Program-made: the position numbers and the translations under genes
Assembly: GCA_964391595.1 (NCBI GenBank)
Contig: CAYMMM010000002.1
Coordinates: 16,843 to 80,842 of the forward strand
Direction of reading: 5' to 3'
Source: an uncultured Candidatus Saccharibacteria bacterium
GTDB taxonomy: Bacteria > Patescibacteriota > Saccharimonadia > CAILAD01 > GCA-016700035
Length of the DNA stretch: 64,000 nucleotides
Part shown: positions 49,444-58,372 of the stretch, piece by piece
Layout of the letters: each line of letters begins with the position of its first letter
How positions within the stretch are numbered: the first letter of the stretch is position 1
Notes under the pieces: generated by a model
Databases searched by the model: none
What the model saw: only the letters and a program-made list of their open reading frames with translations
What the model was told of the DNA's origin: nothing

Positions 49444-50775
49444 ATGTTCAGACAGATTAAGCGTATCGTACCAAAGCAAGCCATAAATGCCTTCCACTAC
49501 AGCGAAGCTCTGGCAGCTAGCTTTGCATATCGTAACCCAAGTCGACACATGATCGTAATCGGCATCGTGGGGAGTAAAGGTAAGACCACGCTCGCCAACC
49601 TACTTTGGGCAGCATTGAGTGGTGACGGCTCGAAGGTCGGCCTGATTGGCACCGCCAATATTCGTATAGGCAATGATGAGCAGCTCAACCCATATCACAT
49701 GACGATGCCAGGTCGACACCGCCTGCAGAAAACGCTGCACACGATGCGACAGGCAAATTGCCGATACGCGATCATGGAAGTTCCGTCAGAAGGACAGGCT
49801 CAGTGGCGACATGTGGGCATAGCTTTTGATGTGCTAATTTTTACAAATGTGACAAAAGAACTGATGGCTAGTCATGACTATTCTCTCGAAAAATTACACA
49901 CCCACAATCAGAGAGTGTTCCAGCAGGTCGCTCGCCAAAAGTCAAAATTGATCAACGGACGTGTTCAACCAAAAATCCTCATTGCAAATGCAGACGCTGA
50001 GCATTTTCCGCAATATTTCGCCCATGTGGCCGACATACGCCGCAGTTATAGTCTGACCCACAAAAGCAATTATCATGCAAAAAATATAGTCACAGCTGCA
50101 GGGTCAAGTAGTTTTGTCGTCAACAAACACGGCTACAAGATTCCATTGCCAGGAGCCGTTAATGTCTCAAATGCAACTGGAGCTATTGCAGCAGCCCTGG
50201 AGCTTGGCAAATCCCCTCAGGAAATACAAAAAGGACTTTCTTCTCTTACGGTTATCCCTGGTCGTATGGAGCAAATCAATATTCACCCACGGCAGAAGTT
50301 TACGGTCGTGGTGGACTACGCGCATGAAGAGACAGGTATGGAAGCCCTCATGAAGACCGCCGCCGATATGCGCAGGAAATCTACCCAACGCATTATCACC
50401 CTTCTTGGGGCAGAAGGTGGTGGTCGTGACGAGAAAAAGCGTCCAATCATGGGTCATATAGCAATGTCGGGAAGCGACTTCGTGATTCTGTCAAATGTTG
50501 ACCCCTACCGTGACAACCCAGATAAGATAATTGCCGATATAGCCCAAGGTGTCGAGGAGGCAAAGGGACTTCGTAATCATACATACTTTGCAATACCCGA
50601 TCGTCGCGAAGGCATTCGCAAAGCACTCTCACTCGCTAAGCCTGGCGACATAGTACTCATTACTGGCAAGGGTTCTGAGCAATCGATCATAATAGACGGG
50701 AAGAAGTCAGCCTGGGACGATCGCGATGTAGTACGAGAGGAGCTTAGTCGCCTCCTCAAAAAACCACGAGCTTAA
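49444..50775 (+). CDS. murE: UDP-MurNAc-tripeptide synthetase (MurE-like)
   Basis: GSKGKTT, PGRME, VDYAH, GAEGGGRD..KRP.MG, DRREGI, GKGSE; start ATG 49444. Confidence 0.9.
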   Translation: MFRQIKRIVPKQAINAFHYSEALAASFAYRNPSRHMIVIGIVGSKGKTTLANLLWAALSGDGSKVGLIGTANIRIGNDEQLNPYHMTMPGRHRLQKTLHTMRQANCRYAIMEVPSEGQAQWRHVGIAFDVLIFTNVTKELMASHDYSLEKLHTHNQRVFQQVARQKSKLINGRVQPKILIANADAEHFPQYFAHVADIRRSYSLTHKSNYHAKNIVTAAGSSSFVVNKHGYKIPLPGAVNVSNATGAIAAALELGKSPQEIQKGLSSLTVIPGRMEQINIHPRQKFTVVVDYAHEETGMEALMKTAADMRRKSTQRIITLLGAEGGGRDEKKRPIMGHIAMSGSDFVILSNVDPYRDNPDKIIADIAQGVEEAKGLRNHTYFAIPDRREGIRKALSLAKPGDIVLITGKGSEQSIIIDGKKSAWDDRDVVREELSRLLKKPRA

Positions 50776-51200
50776 TGGCTCGATGAGGCTATGAAGCCGA
50801 TAACAGTGGCGGTCCACCAACAAAGCTGAGACAGGCCAATCAGCACTACAGAAAGCAGCTGAAGCTTGCGCGGTAGCTTCCAGAAATCCTCTGTGTCGTA
50901 CGAGGCAAGCCGCGCGCGCAAGCGATCGAGCAAAATGCCATTTACTGCCAAAACTAGCACGGCTGCCAGCTTAACTTTCGTCCGGATGGTAACGTGCTCC
51001 GGCTCAAGCAACATACTCCCGGTCACGACCTGTAATGCAACCGCTGCCCAGATTAGCTTCTGTGCTATGCCCGACAACCAAACAACCTGGCTTGCTTTAG
51101 CTTTGCCAAAAACCCAAAGCAATCCCGCAGTATCGACGAGCAGGACTGAGCCAAGTCCAATCGCGAATCCTACCAGATGAAGAAATAACGGAACACTCAC
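50772..51200 (-). CDS. Small multi-pass membrane protein
   Basis: Four hydrophobic segments, N-terminal His. Confidence 0.7.
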   Translation of the reverse strand: MSVPLFLHLVGFAIGLGSVLLVDTAGLLWVFGKAKASQVVWLSGIAQKLIWAAVALQVVTGSMLLEPEHVTIRTKVKLAAVLVLAVNGILLDRLRARLASYDTEDFWKLPRKLQLLSVVLIGLSQLCWWTATVIGFIASSSH

Positions 51201-51475
51201 TCTGTATCTCCTTTGCGTTTAGTATCTTTGCCCCAGCGCCAATGTGGTGGCTCCCCTGTCTTATACGAAATATACACGAGCACCCAAACCCATACAAACC
51301 CGACTACTATGGCCACCAAGGTGCCTGACCATGACTCATGAAACCACATATCGCACACCGCAATAATGCCAGCGTACACTGCACACCACAGAGCGACGAT
51401 CAGCCATCCCTGCCACGATGATGGCGTCCATCCCCAGCCGTACGTCTTAGCTCGAAACCACAGTCGCTTTTTCAT
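51197..51475 (-). CDS. Small two-TM protein
   Basis: WF..KTYGWGWTPSSWQGW...KTGEPP.WRWG motif. Confidence 0.8.
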   Translation of the reverse strand: MKKRLWFRAKTYGWGWTPSSWQGWLIVALWCAVYAGIIAVCDMWFHESWSGTLVAIVVGFVWVWVLVYISYKTGEPPHWRWGKDTKRKGDTE

Positions 51476-51478
51476 AAT

Positions 51479-51886
51479 CTAGCGATTCTCCTTACGCCAG
51501 ACCAACTTCAAGCCCGACCAATCATCATCCACTGCACACACTTTTACATCTACTAAGCCATGTTCAAGCGCAAGCTCACGTATAAAGTCTTCACTGAGAT
51601 TACCAGCTAGAGGCGATGATTTCTTAGGCCATGAGATCCAGATCATGCCATCTTTTTTTATCGCCTGAGCAAGCTCGCCGAAATGATCGACGAGTTCACT
51701 TTGAGTGCGCTCGAAGCTTTGTATGAAATCAAATCCCCCGACTTCGATCTCGTTCACAAACTCCACATCCACGGGAATACCACCGAGCAACGTATCATAA
51801 TTATCTGGCGGCTCTTCGATCAAGGCCCGCATGCCTGAACGTAGACCTAATTTGTCCACTAGACTTTTCTTCGAGTATCCGCTCAT
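51479..51886 (-). CDS. DUF3052 family protein
   Basis: GYS...L..KLG, IWISWPK, GLVDVKVCAVD..WSGLK. Confidence 0.85.
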   Translation of the reverse strand: MSGYSKKSLVDKLGLRSGMRALIEEPPDNYDTLLGGIPVDVEFVNEIEVGGFDFIQSFERTQSELVDHFGELAQAIKKDGMIWISWPKKSSPLAGNLSEDFIRELALEHGLVDVKVCAVDDDWSGLKLVWRKENR

Positions 51887-52701
51887 GACTTCATTGTAAT
51901 CCCGTCACGTGTGCGTTTCAAAAATCCCTCAAGGACGAGCGCATCGATGGCTTGCGCAATCTCAGCATCCGACCGTTCGAGCAAACCGCCAATGTCGGCA
52001 AGAGATACGGTTTTCTGATCAATCACTCGCGCAAGAATCGCGCCACGCAACTGTCGATGTGAGCCGGCAAACTTTGACTGGCGAGCGTAGTGCTTGCTAC
52101 GTCGATTTGGATTCACGACAAGCTTGGCGAGCTCCGACCCATAATCCATCATTGCCCAGTACCATTCGCGCGGATGCTCACGATCCAAAGTAGCTGCAAC
52201 AAACGGCACTATTGCCTTATCTGACACCTCTTCCTGCTCCGGAAAAAACTCGTGCAAGATTACACGACGAATATTTGTCTCGATGAACACGACGGGCTGC
52301 TCGAATGCATATGCAAGAATCGCGCCAGCAGTATTTGGACCAATCCCCTTGAATGCTGTGAGCGCAGCGAGAGTATCTGGGAGCTTGCCGCTATGCTCTC
52401 GCACTACATTGTCCGCTAACTGCTTGAGCCACAGCGCCCGTCGGTTATATCCCAGACCCTGCCAAGTACTCAGTACTTCCTCAGTTCTAGCGTGTGACAA
52501 TGCATCGAAGTCAGACCAACGTTCAGTCCAAGCGAGGAACTTTGGCAGGACCCGGTCGACTTGGGTCTGTTGTAGCATGATTTCACTCACCACTACATTG
52601 TATGGCGAAGGATCTGTACGCCACGGCATGACGCGCCCGCGCTGCGCATACACCGCCCAAACAATCTCTCGAAACCGGTCGATTTCCTGTTCAGATATCA
52701 T
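51883..52701 (-). CDS. mutY: A/G-specific adenine glycosylase-like (HhH-GPD), short form
   Basis: PWR, VSEIMLQQTQV, WQGLGYNRRA, GIGPNTAGAI. Confidence 0.88.
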   Translation of the reverse strand: MISEQEIDRFREIVWAVYAQRGRVMPWRTDPSPYNVVVSEIMLQQTQVDRVLPKFLAWTERWSDFDALSHARTEEVLSTWQGLGYNRRALWLKQLADNVVREHSGKLPDTLAALTAFKGIGPNTAGAILAYAFEQPVVFIETNIRRVILHEFFPEQEEVSDKAIVPFVAATLDREHPREWYWAMMDYGSELAKLVVNPNRRSKHYARQSKFAGSHRQLRGAILARVIDQKTVSLADIGGLLERSDAEIAQAIDALVLEGFLKRTRDGITMKS

Positions 52702-52771
52702 GCTCGCAGTATAGCGAATATTTGCTCGAAATCTAGCTCATTCACGCGCGATACCAGCTATAATAGCCAAT

Positions 52772-54292
52772 ATGACTTCACCTCGTCGCACCCCATCTCA
52801 TCGCATTCCCAAGCCGGACGACGAAAATGGCGCGCAAGATACACAAGTTACACTAGATCAAGAGGACAGCCTGAGTATGCAGAAACGCAAACAACAAGAA
52901 GTCAGTCCTGACTTCGTTTATGACCCTATTCGAGACAAACGCCACGACCTCAAAGGCTTTGGTCCAAAGAAAGAAAAACGATCCTGGTGGAAAAAACTTC
53001 TACTAGGCCTGCTTGTTGTCGGTATTGTGGTAGGTGCATGGTTTGCATTCTTCACTTTGCGCAATGTGATTAAAATCGCCCCAAATTTCTTCAAGCTCAC
53101 CCAAAAGCTCAAGGGCGAGGACGAGGGTCGCGTCAATATTCTCTTGCTTGGCATCGGTGATCCTGGACACGATGGTGAAGGCCTCTCTGACACAAACATT
53201 CTCGTCAGCGTTGATACAAATAATAAAAAGGTAGCACTGACCTCCATCCCACGTGATACTCGCGTAAAAATACCTGGCTATGGCTACTCCAAAATCAACA
53301 ATGCTCACGCTTATGGCGACATCTCGCTCGCACAACAAACTGTAGGCACCTTTCTCGACGAACCCATCCACTACTACGTACGGACTGACTTCACAGGCTT
53401 AAAACAGGCGGTCGACGCTGTCGGTGGCATCGACATCACAAACAAAGACTACCTCTCTGACTCCGAATATCCATGCGACAACAATCAGTGGCGGAGTTGC
53501 GGCTTCACGCTCAAGCCAGGTACCTATCACGCAGATGGATCACTGGCGCTCAAGTACGCCCGGTGCCGCAAAGGTACCTGCGGCGATGATTTCGGCCGAG
53601 CAGCACGACAACAAGAAGTGCTCTCCGCTCTTCGCGCAAAAGCTACCTCAGTCGGCACCATTCTCGACCCTACCAAGCTCACCTCGCTCATCACCGCCGC
53701 AGGAGATAATGTAAAAACCGATATGTCGGTCGGTGAAATCATGCGACTCAATGACCTCACCAAAGACATCCCCAATGATCAATTCATCAATGTCGTATTC
53801 TCGCTCAAGGAAAATGGGTTCCTCAAATCTTCACCAGACGGAACTTCGGATCTTGTACCGATCGACAGCACGCTCGCTACCATCCAAGCCTTCGAGAATA
53901 ACATCTTTGCTTGGGGGCCTATCTGGAAAGAAGACCCGTCTATCTTGATTGAAAACGGCACAACAGTAGCCGGCATCGGCGGCAAACTCGAGAGTAAATT
54001 CAGGCAAGACAAATACCCAATCACCATCTCGCAAGTCATCAACGCACTCAAAAAAGACTACACCACCACCCAGCTCTACGACATGAGCATGGCAGCAACC
54101 AGCCCTTCACCGAAATCTACAACTTCTACTGCTACGCTCGAAAGCAAGCCAAATACTCGAGGGTATTTGGAGGGGCTACTCAAAGTGAAAGCTACCGCCC
54201 CACCAGCCGGCATCGTCTCTAATGATGACTTCGTCATCATTATCGGTAGTGATTATGGTAACTACCTGCAGGTTGCCAGCCCAACGCCATGA
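52772..54292 (+). CDS. LCP family protein with LytR C-terminal domain
   Basis: NILLLG, SDT, SIPRD, KINNA, DDFGRAARQQ; 'ENGTTVAG...IIIGSDY'. Confidence 0.93.
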   Translation: MTSPRRTPSHRIPKPDDENGAQDTQVTLDQEDSLSMQKRKQQEVSPDFVYDPIRDKRHDLKGFGPKKEKRSWWKKLLLGLLVVGIVVGAWFAFFTLRNVIKIAPNFFKLTQKLKGEDEGRVNILLLGIGDPGHDGEGLSDTNILVSVDTNNKKVALTSIPRDTRVKIPGYGYSKINNAHAYGDISLAQQTVGTFLDEPIHYYVRTDFTGLKQAVDAVGGIDITNKDYLSDSEYPCDNNQWRSCGFTLKPGTYHADGSLALKYARCRKGTCGDDFGRAARQQEVLSALRAKATSVGTILDPTKLTSLITAAGDNVKTDMSVGEIMRLNDLTKDIPNDQFINVVFSLKENGFLKSSPDGTSDLVPIDSTLATIQAFENNIFAWGPIWKEDPSILIENGTTVAGIGGKLESKFRQDKYPITISQVINALKKDYTTTQLYDMSMAATSPSPKSTTSTATLESKPNTRGYLEGLLKVKATAPPAGIVSNDDFVIIIGSDYGNYLQVASPTP

Positions 54293-54825
54293 GCGAACGA
54301 CAGCAAGGGACCCGTGAACCACACGCACCAACTGCTCGAGAGAAGCTCGACGAGCTAGCAGCGACAGGAATGTATGTGTTTCATGGCAGCCCCGACCCAC
54401 ACATTGAAGAATTCGAACCACGACAAGCACATAACTACGACGCTTCAACCGATACCAACGTGCCCGATGGTGCTCCGGCGGTATTCGCATCTGATAGAGT
54501 GGATATCCCGATTTTCATGGCATTATTCAATCGCACTCATAGTGCCAATTCAGCAAGTGTCTTGAGCGGTACCGGTGTGCGTTCGGATGGCGAGGTTCGT
54601 AAGGGAGAGTTCAGAGCCACAAAGAACCTTATCGATGGCGTACGAAAGCCCGGGGTATACGGTATTGTATATGTTTTTGACAGGAGCCAATTTCTGCCTA
54701 GAGAGCCTGGATCATCCGAGTGGATTTGCAACACTGTCATACATCCCACTATGGCACTCACAGTATATATAAGTGACTTCCCCGAGAAAGTCACAGAAAT
54801 CACGGTTGATGGTAAGCCTGTTTAA
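54289..54825 (+). CDS. Hypothetical protein, possible ADP-ribosyltransferase-like fold
   Basis: VFHGS...VFAS...GIVYVF...EW motif order. Confidence 0.55.
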   Translation: MSERQQGTREPHAPTAREKLDELAATGMYVFHGSPDPHIEEFEPRQAHNYDASTDTNVPDGAPAVFASDRVDIPIFMALFNRTHSANSASVLSGTGVRSDGEVRKGEFRATKNLIDGVRKPGVYGIVYVFDRSQFLPREPGSSEWICNTVIHPTMALTVYISDFPEKVTEITVDGKPV

Positions 54826-54867
54826 GTTGTTCATAATTCATTCGTAGTTCCCTGATATACTAATGGC

Positions 54868-55148
54868 ATGAAAAAACTCAGCGACACCACGCCAGCCGAA
54901 TGAGCGTCATCACTGAGAACGGCCAAAAAACCCTGCGCTTTGCAGCAGATCGTAACACTCTAGACGGGGCAAGACTACCAGGCACGATAGGGTATGTTTA
55001 TGTCTTTCGACGCAGCGACTTTACAAAGCGATCCGACGAAGGCAAGCAGGCCGAATGGACGAGCCTCAAACCAGTTACGCCTGTCATGGCAGTAGCAGTG
55101 AAGCCACGAGACCTCCCGCCAAATATCGAAGTTATCGAAAATGAATAA
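54868..55148 (+). pseudogene. Internally deleted paralog of 54289-54825
   Basis: TATACT-6nt-ATG gives an 11-codon ORF whose TGA overlaps ATG 54900; downstream ORF matches only the C-terminal half of the neighbour. Confidence 0.55.
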
Positions 55149-55187
55149 TATTCTCTGTTTGTTCGCTAAGCCAGGTATACTGTCAGT

Positions 55188-56414
55188 ATGCCTAAGAAAT
55201 CCCTAGCTACTCGCTCTTCGTCCGATGCTCGCCCCGAATTCCGTCCTCTCGCCGACCGGCTCCGACCCCATGAGCTCGGCGAGATGGTCGGGCAAGAGAA
55301 AGTCATCGGCAAGGGTGCATTTGTTCATGAGCTCATCGAGCGCAATGAAGTCACCTCTCTGATATTCTGGGGGCCACCGGGCTGTGGCAAAACGACACTA
55401 GCGCGCATTATCGCCGCATCTGGCGACTATCATTTCGTCGAGATCTCCGCTGTCACTGCAGGAAAAGCCGACGTTATGCACGTAATCGAGGACGCGCGAG
55501 CCATGCAGCGACTTGGCACGCGCACCATCTTATTCGTCGACGAGATCCATCGTTTCAATAAGGCGCAGCAAGACGCGTTTCTTCCCCATATTGAAAATGG
55601 CACTATCATCTTGATCGGTGCGACAACTGAGAATCCCAGCTTCGAAGTCATTACTCCTCTGCTCTCCCGCAGCCGTGTCATTGTGCTTGAAGGTCTCGAT
55701 CACAAAGAGTTAGTAACCATACTCAAGCGCGCGACCAAGCTCTACCCTCAGCTTAAAGTCCAAGCTAAGGCACTCGATGCACTCGCCGACTTTGCTGCCG
55801 GCGACGCGCGAGCTGCACTCAATGGCCTCGAGGCAGCAATCCAAATATCCCCTACAAAGCTCGACCTTGAGACGGTTAAGCAAGCCATGCAGCAAGTAAA
55901 TCTTAGCTATGATAAGACAGGTGACTTCCACTATAATCTCATCTCAGCGTTCATAAAATCCATCCGCGGCAGTCACGTCGATGCATCACTCTATTATCTT
56001 TTCCGCATGCTCGACGCTGGTGAAGACCCGAAGTTTATTGCACGTCGACTGATCATACTTGCCTCCGAAGACATTGGCATGGCAGCTTCAGCAGCGCTCA
56101 ATCTCGCCACCAGCTGCTTTCTGGCAGTTGAGCGAGTTGGCTTGCCCGAATGTGAATACCATTTGGCTCACACTACTGTCGCGTTGGCAAAATCGCCAAA
56201 AAGCAGAGCCGTCGCTGATGCAATGGGACGAGCCAAGAAAGCAGTTCGTAGTTATCCAGCAGCACAAGTTCCCCTCGGACTACGCAACGCGCCCACGAAA
56301 CTCATGAAAGAGCTTGGGTATGGGAAAAACTACAAGTGGCAGGCTGACTTCCAGGCACCAGAGGGGTTCTTACCGGAAGAGCTCGAAAAAGAACGCTTCT
56401 ACTTTGACGACTAA
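55188..56414 (+). CDS. rarA: Replication-associated recombination protein A
   Basis: [47 protein letters not shown]. Confidence 0.97.
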   Translation: MPKKSLATRSSSDARPEFRPLADRLRPHELGEMVGQEKVIGKGAFVHELIERNEVTSLIFWGPPGCGKTTLARIIAASGDYHFVEISAVTAGKADVMHVIEDARAMQRLGTRTILFVDEIHRFNKAQQDAFLPHIENGTIILIGATTENPSFEVITPLLSRSRVIVLEGLDHKELVTILKRATKLYPQLKVQAKALDALADFAAGDARAALNGLEAAIQISPTKLDLETVKQAMQQVNLSYDKTGDFHYNLISAFIKSIRGSHVDASLYYLFRMLDAGEDPKFIARRLIILASEDIGMAASAALNLATSCFLAVERVGLPECEYHLAHTTVALAKSPKSRAVADAMGRAKKAVRSYPAAQVPLGLRNAPTKLMKELGYGKNYKWQADFQAPEGFLPEELEKERFYFDD

Positions 56415-56432
56415 CAATCTCATCAGTACAAT
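56404..56432 (+). promoter_or_regulatory. sigma70 promoter for two small ORFs
   Basis: TTGACG-17nt-TACAAT overlapping the rarA stop. Confidence 0.65.
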
Positions 56433-56468
56433 CTTGCTAGTACCTTTTAAGAAAGAGGGGGTCTACGT

Positions 56469-56651
56469 ATGCGTTTCAAACGACCGCCAAAAACACCCGA
56501 TTCAGCAGTGTCAGCACCACAGAACCAAATACCAGAAGATCCCGAAACTCCGCCCCCTACTGGCAGCAAATCAGAGACAGACATGGATGCAGTAAGACTC
56601 CAAGCCATCATCTCAGCTTGTGAAGGTTCTCATGGTTTCCCTGGATTGTAA
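56469..56651 (+). CDS. Small Pro-rich protein (60 aa)
   Basis: Promoter plus GAGGGG SD. Confidence 0.5.
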   Translation: MRFKRPPKTPDSAVSAPQNQIPEDPETPPPTGSKSETDMDAVRLQAIISACEGSHGFPGL

Positions 56652-56678
56652 ACCAATGTAAGATGAAGTTTCCGAGAC

Positions 56679-56933
56679 ATGGGGGTGTCAATGAACCTAC
56701 AATCTCGCATAGAAAATGCGCGAGCAACTTGGCGGCGCGAGGCTGAGCCGATTAAGTCTCAGTATTTCCAGCTGATGGCTGCGAAACACGACGTCGATAA
56801 CCACATGCTAGGCGTTCGTGCGACGCCTTCCTGTGCGATCACGTACAACCATGAGTGGCACGCCTACCGTAAGCTCATCCGGCAACGGCGGCGACACGTC
56901 GTAATTGCGTTTCTCCGGCCGGGATCTTCGTGA
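56679..56933 (+). CDS. Small basic hypothetical protein
   Basis: 80-84 aa ORF ending in terminator hairpin. Confidence 0.5.
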   Translation: MGVSMNLQSRIENARATWRREAEPIKSQYFQLMAAKHDVDNHMLGVRATPSCAITYNHEWHAYRKLIRQRRRHVVIAFLRPGSS

Positions 56934-56949
56934 TCTCGGCCTCTTTTTT
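56918..56949 (+). terminator. Intrinsic terminator
   Basis: GCCGGGATC-TTCGT-GATCTCGGC then CTCTTTTTT. Confidence 0.7.
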
Positions 56950-57661
56950 ATACTAAGCCCTTGAGATATTTTTGACGCAGCTCTGGGTTAAATCGCTCGA
57001 TGGCATACCGAAGCATAGTCCGCGGCATAGTTTTATATCTGCTACCATCACGCAACCATGCTTCCTCGACTTCTTGCCCTACGCGCTTGCCAACCTCACG
57101 CAACATCCAGCCAACGGCCTTCTGTATCAAGTCATGCGGATCATCAGATAAGATCGTAGCGATGCTCAAGGCCGGCTCGGCCTTGCCCTGATAAATGTTG
57201 TAAAAACATGACAACATCGCGATCCGACGCTCCCACAGATCTCCTGAAACAGCTAGCTTCGTAAGCACTGGTAAAGCATTGTCACCTAGATGCGCCCCCA
57301 CTATATAGCTTGCTGATGAGTCAACGAGATCCCAGTTATTGATCTGCTGAGTATGCGCCATATAAAAGTCATAGACAGCCTGCTTCTGCTCTGCATTGCC
57401 ACGCTTATACTGTTCCACAAGTATTAAGCAGGCACACAATCGTGCTTCGTGATAGTTGCTCGCCAGGAGTTTCTCGATTTCGCTGAACGGCAATTCGCGA
57501 AAACCACGAATAATCTTGCGCTGATCCGGGACACTTACGCCATAAAACTGATCACCGTGACCATAGTCACCAGGACTGGTCTTAAAAAACCACGCCGAGG
57601 CCTGGGCTCGCTCAGGAGTGCCTATCTCGAGGAGTTGTTTCTCTAGGGTATGAGCATGCAT
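56948..57661 (-). CDS. DNA alkylation repair protein (AlkD family)
   Basis: FFKT..G.YG.GD.F.GV.VP, INNWDLVD, LIQKAVGWMLRE.GK, MPRTMLRYAIE. Confidence 0.93.
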   Translation of the reverse strand: MHAHTLEKQLLEIGTPERAQASAWFFKTSPGDYGHGDQFYGVSVPDQRKIIRGFRELPFSEIEKLLASNYHEARLCACLILVEQYKRGNAEQKQAVYDFYMAHTQQINNWDLVDSSASYIVGAHLGDNALPVLTKLAVSGDLWERRIAMLSCFYNIYQGKAEPALSIATILSDDPHDLIQKAVGWMLREVGKRVGQEVEEAWLRDGSRYKTMPRTMLRYAIERFNPELRQKYLKGLV

Positions 57662-57664
57662 ATT

Positions 57665-58315
57665 TTATAACCCTATCTGAGCATGTTTGTAGGCATCGAG
57701 CGCTTCGCGGTCGCCATCCACTGTCACATGCGCTACGCGCCCACGGCCCATGAATAGCATGACAAACTCCGGAGCTTCAGCGGTGAGTGTCAGCTCATGC
57801 GGGTCAGCGCCCCTACCACGCCGCGCAACAACAAGCTCTCCCGTCACCGCGTCCACCAATGTAACACGTATTTTTGCGTCGAGTTTGCGCAAAGCCAGCC
57901 TCGCAATCCCCGGCAAGAGTGCTGCCAAGCCGGCGTACAGCTCATCCGACACCTCGCGATGCTTTTTGAGCCTGCCGCGCAGGATATCTTCGTTATGAAC
58001 AAAAAATTCGATCACATTGAAGCTCAGCTTTTTGCCCCACCAAGGAATGTGTTCAATCTGCTCTATCAATACCTGGTGAGGAGCCGATTTCTGCTTCTTA
58101 ATTGCTGCTTCGTGCTGTCCATGCAAGGGCTGAAATACGATACCTACACGCGCCAAAACCGACCCTCGATCGCGCACAATTATATGCGAAACCAAGTCCT
58201 CTACATCCCAGCCTTCGCACAATGTCGAAGCGTGCCACTGCTTGTCGGTGAGCCCACGAAGCAGTTTGGCGAGATACAACCTCTCATTCACAATAAGCCG
58301 TTCGTATTGCATCAT
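57665..58315 (-). CDS. TIGR03085-like MDMPI/DinB-superfamily protein
   Basis: ER..L, TLCEGW...DLVSH..VRD, N..EFFVH.ED motifs. Confidence 0.8.
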   Translation of the reverse strand: MMQYERLIVNERLYLAKLLRGLTDKQWHASTLCEGWDVEDLVSHIIVRDRGSVLARVGIVFQPLHGQHEAAIKKQKSAPHQVLIEQIEHIPWWGKKLSFNVIEFFVHNEDILRGRLKKHREVSDELYAGLAALLPGIARLALRKLDAKIRVTLVDAVTGELVVARRGRGADPHELTLTAEAPEFVMLFMGRGRVAHVTVDGDREALDAYKHAQIGL

Positions 58316-58372
58316 TTCAAGTGTACCATTTCACCAAGCCACCAGGGCGAGTAGAATACTAATAGCACAACC

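Noticed and set aside
49321-49548. Apparent overlap of arginase and murE 5' ends in the ORF track
   Set aside because: Artefact of longest-ORF starts; likely starts are 49326 and 49444, leaving a divergent promoter region
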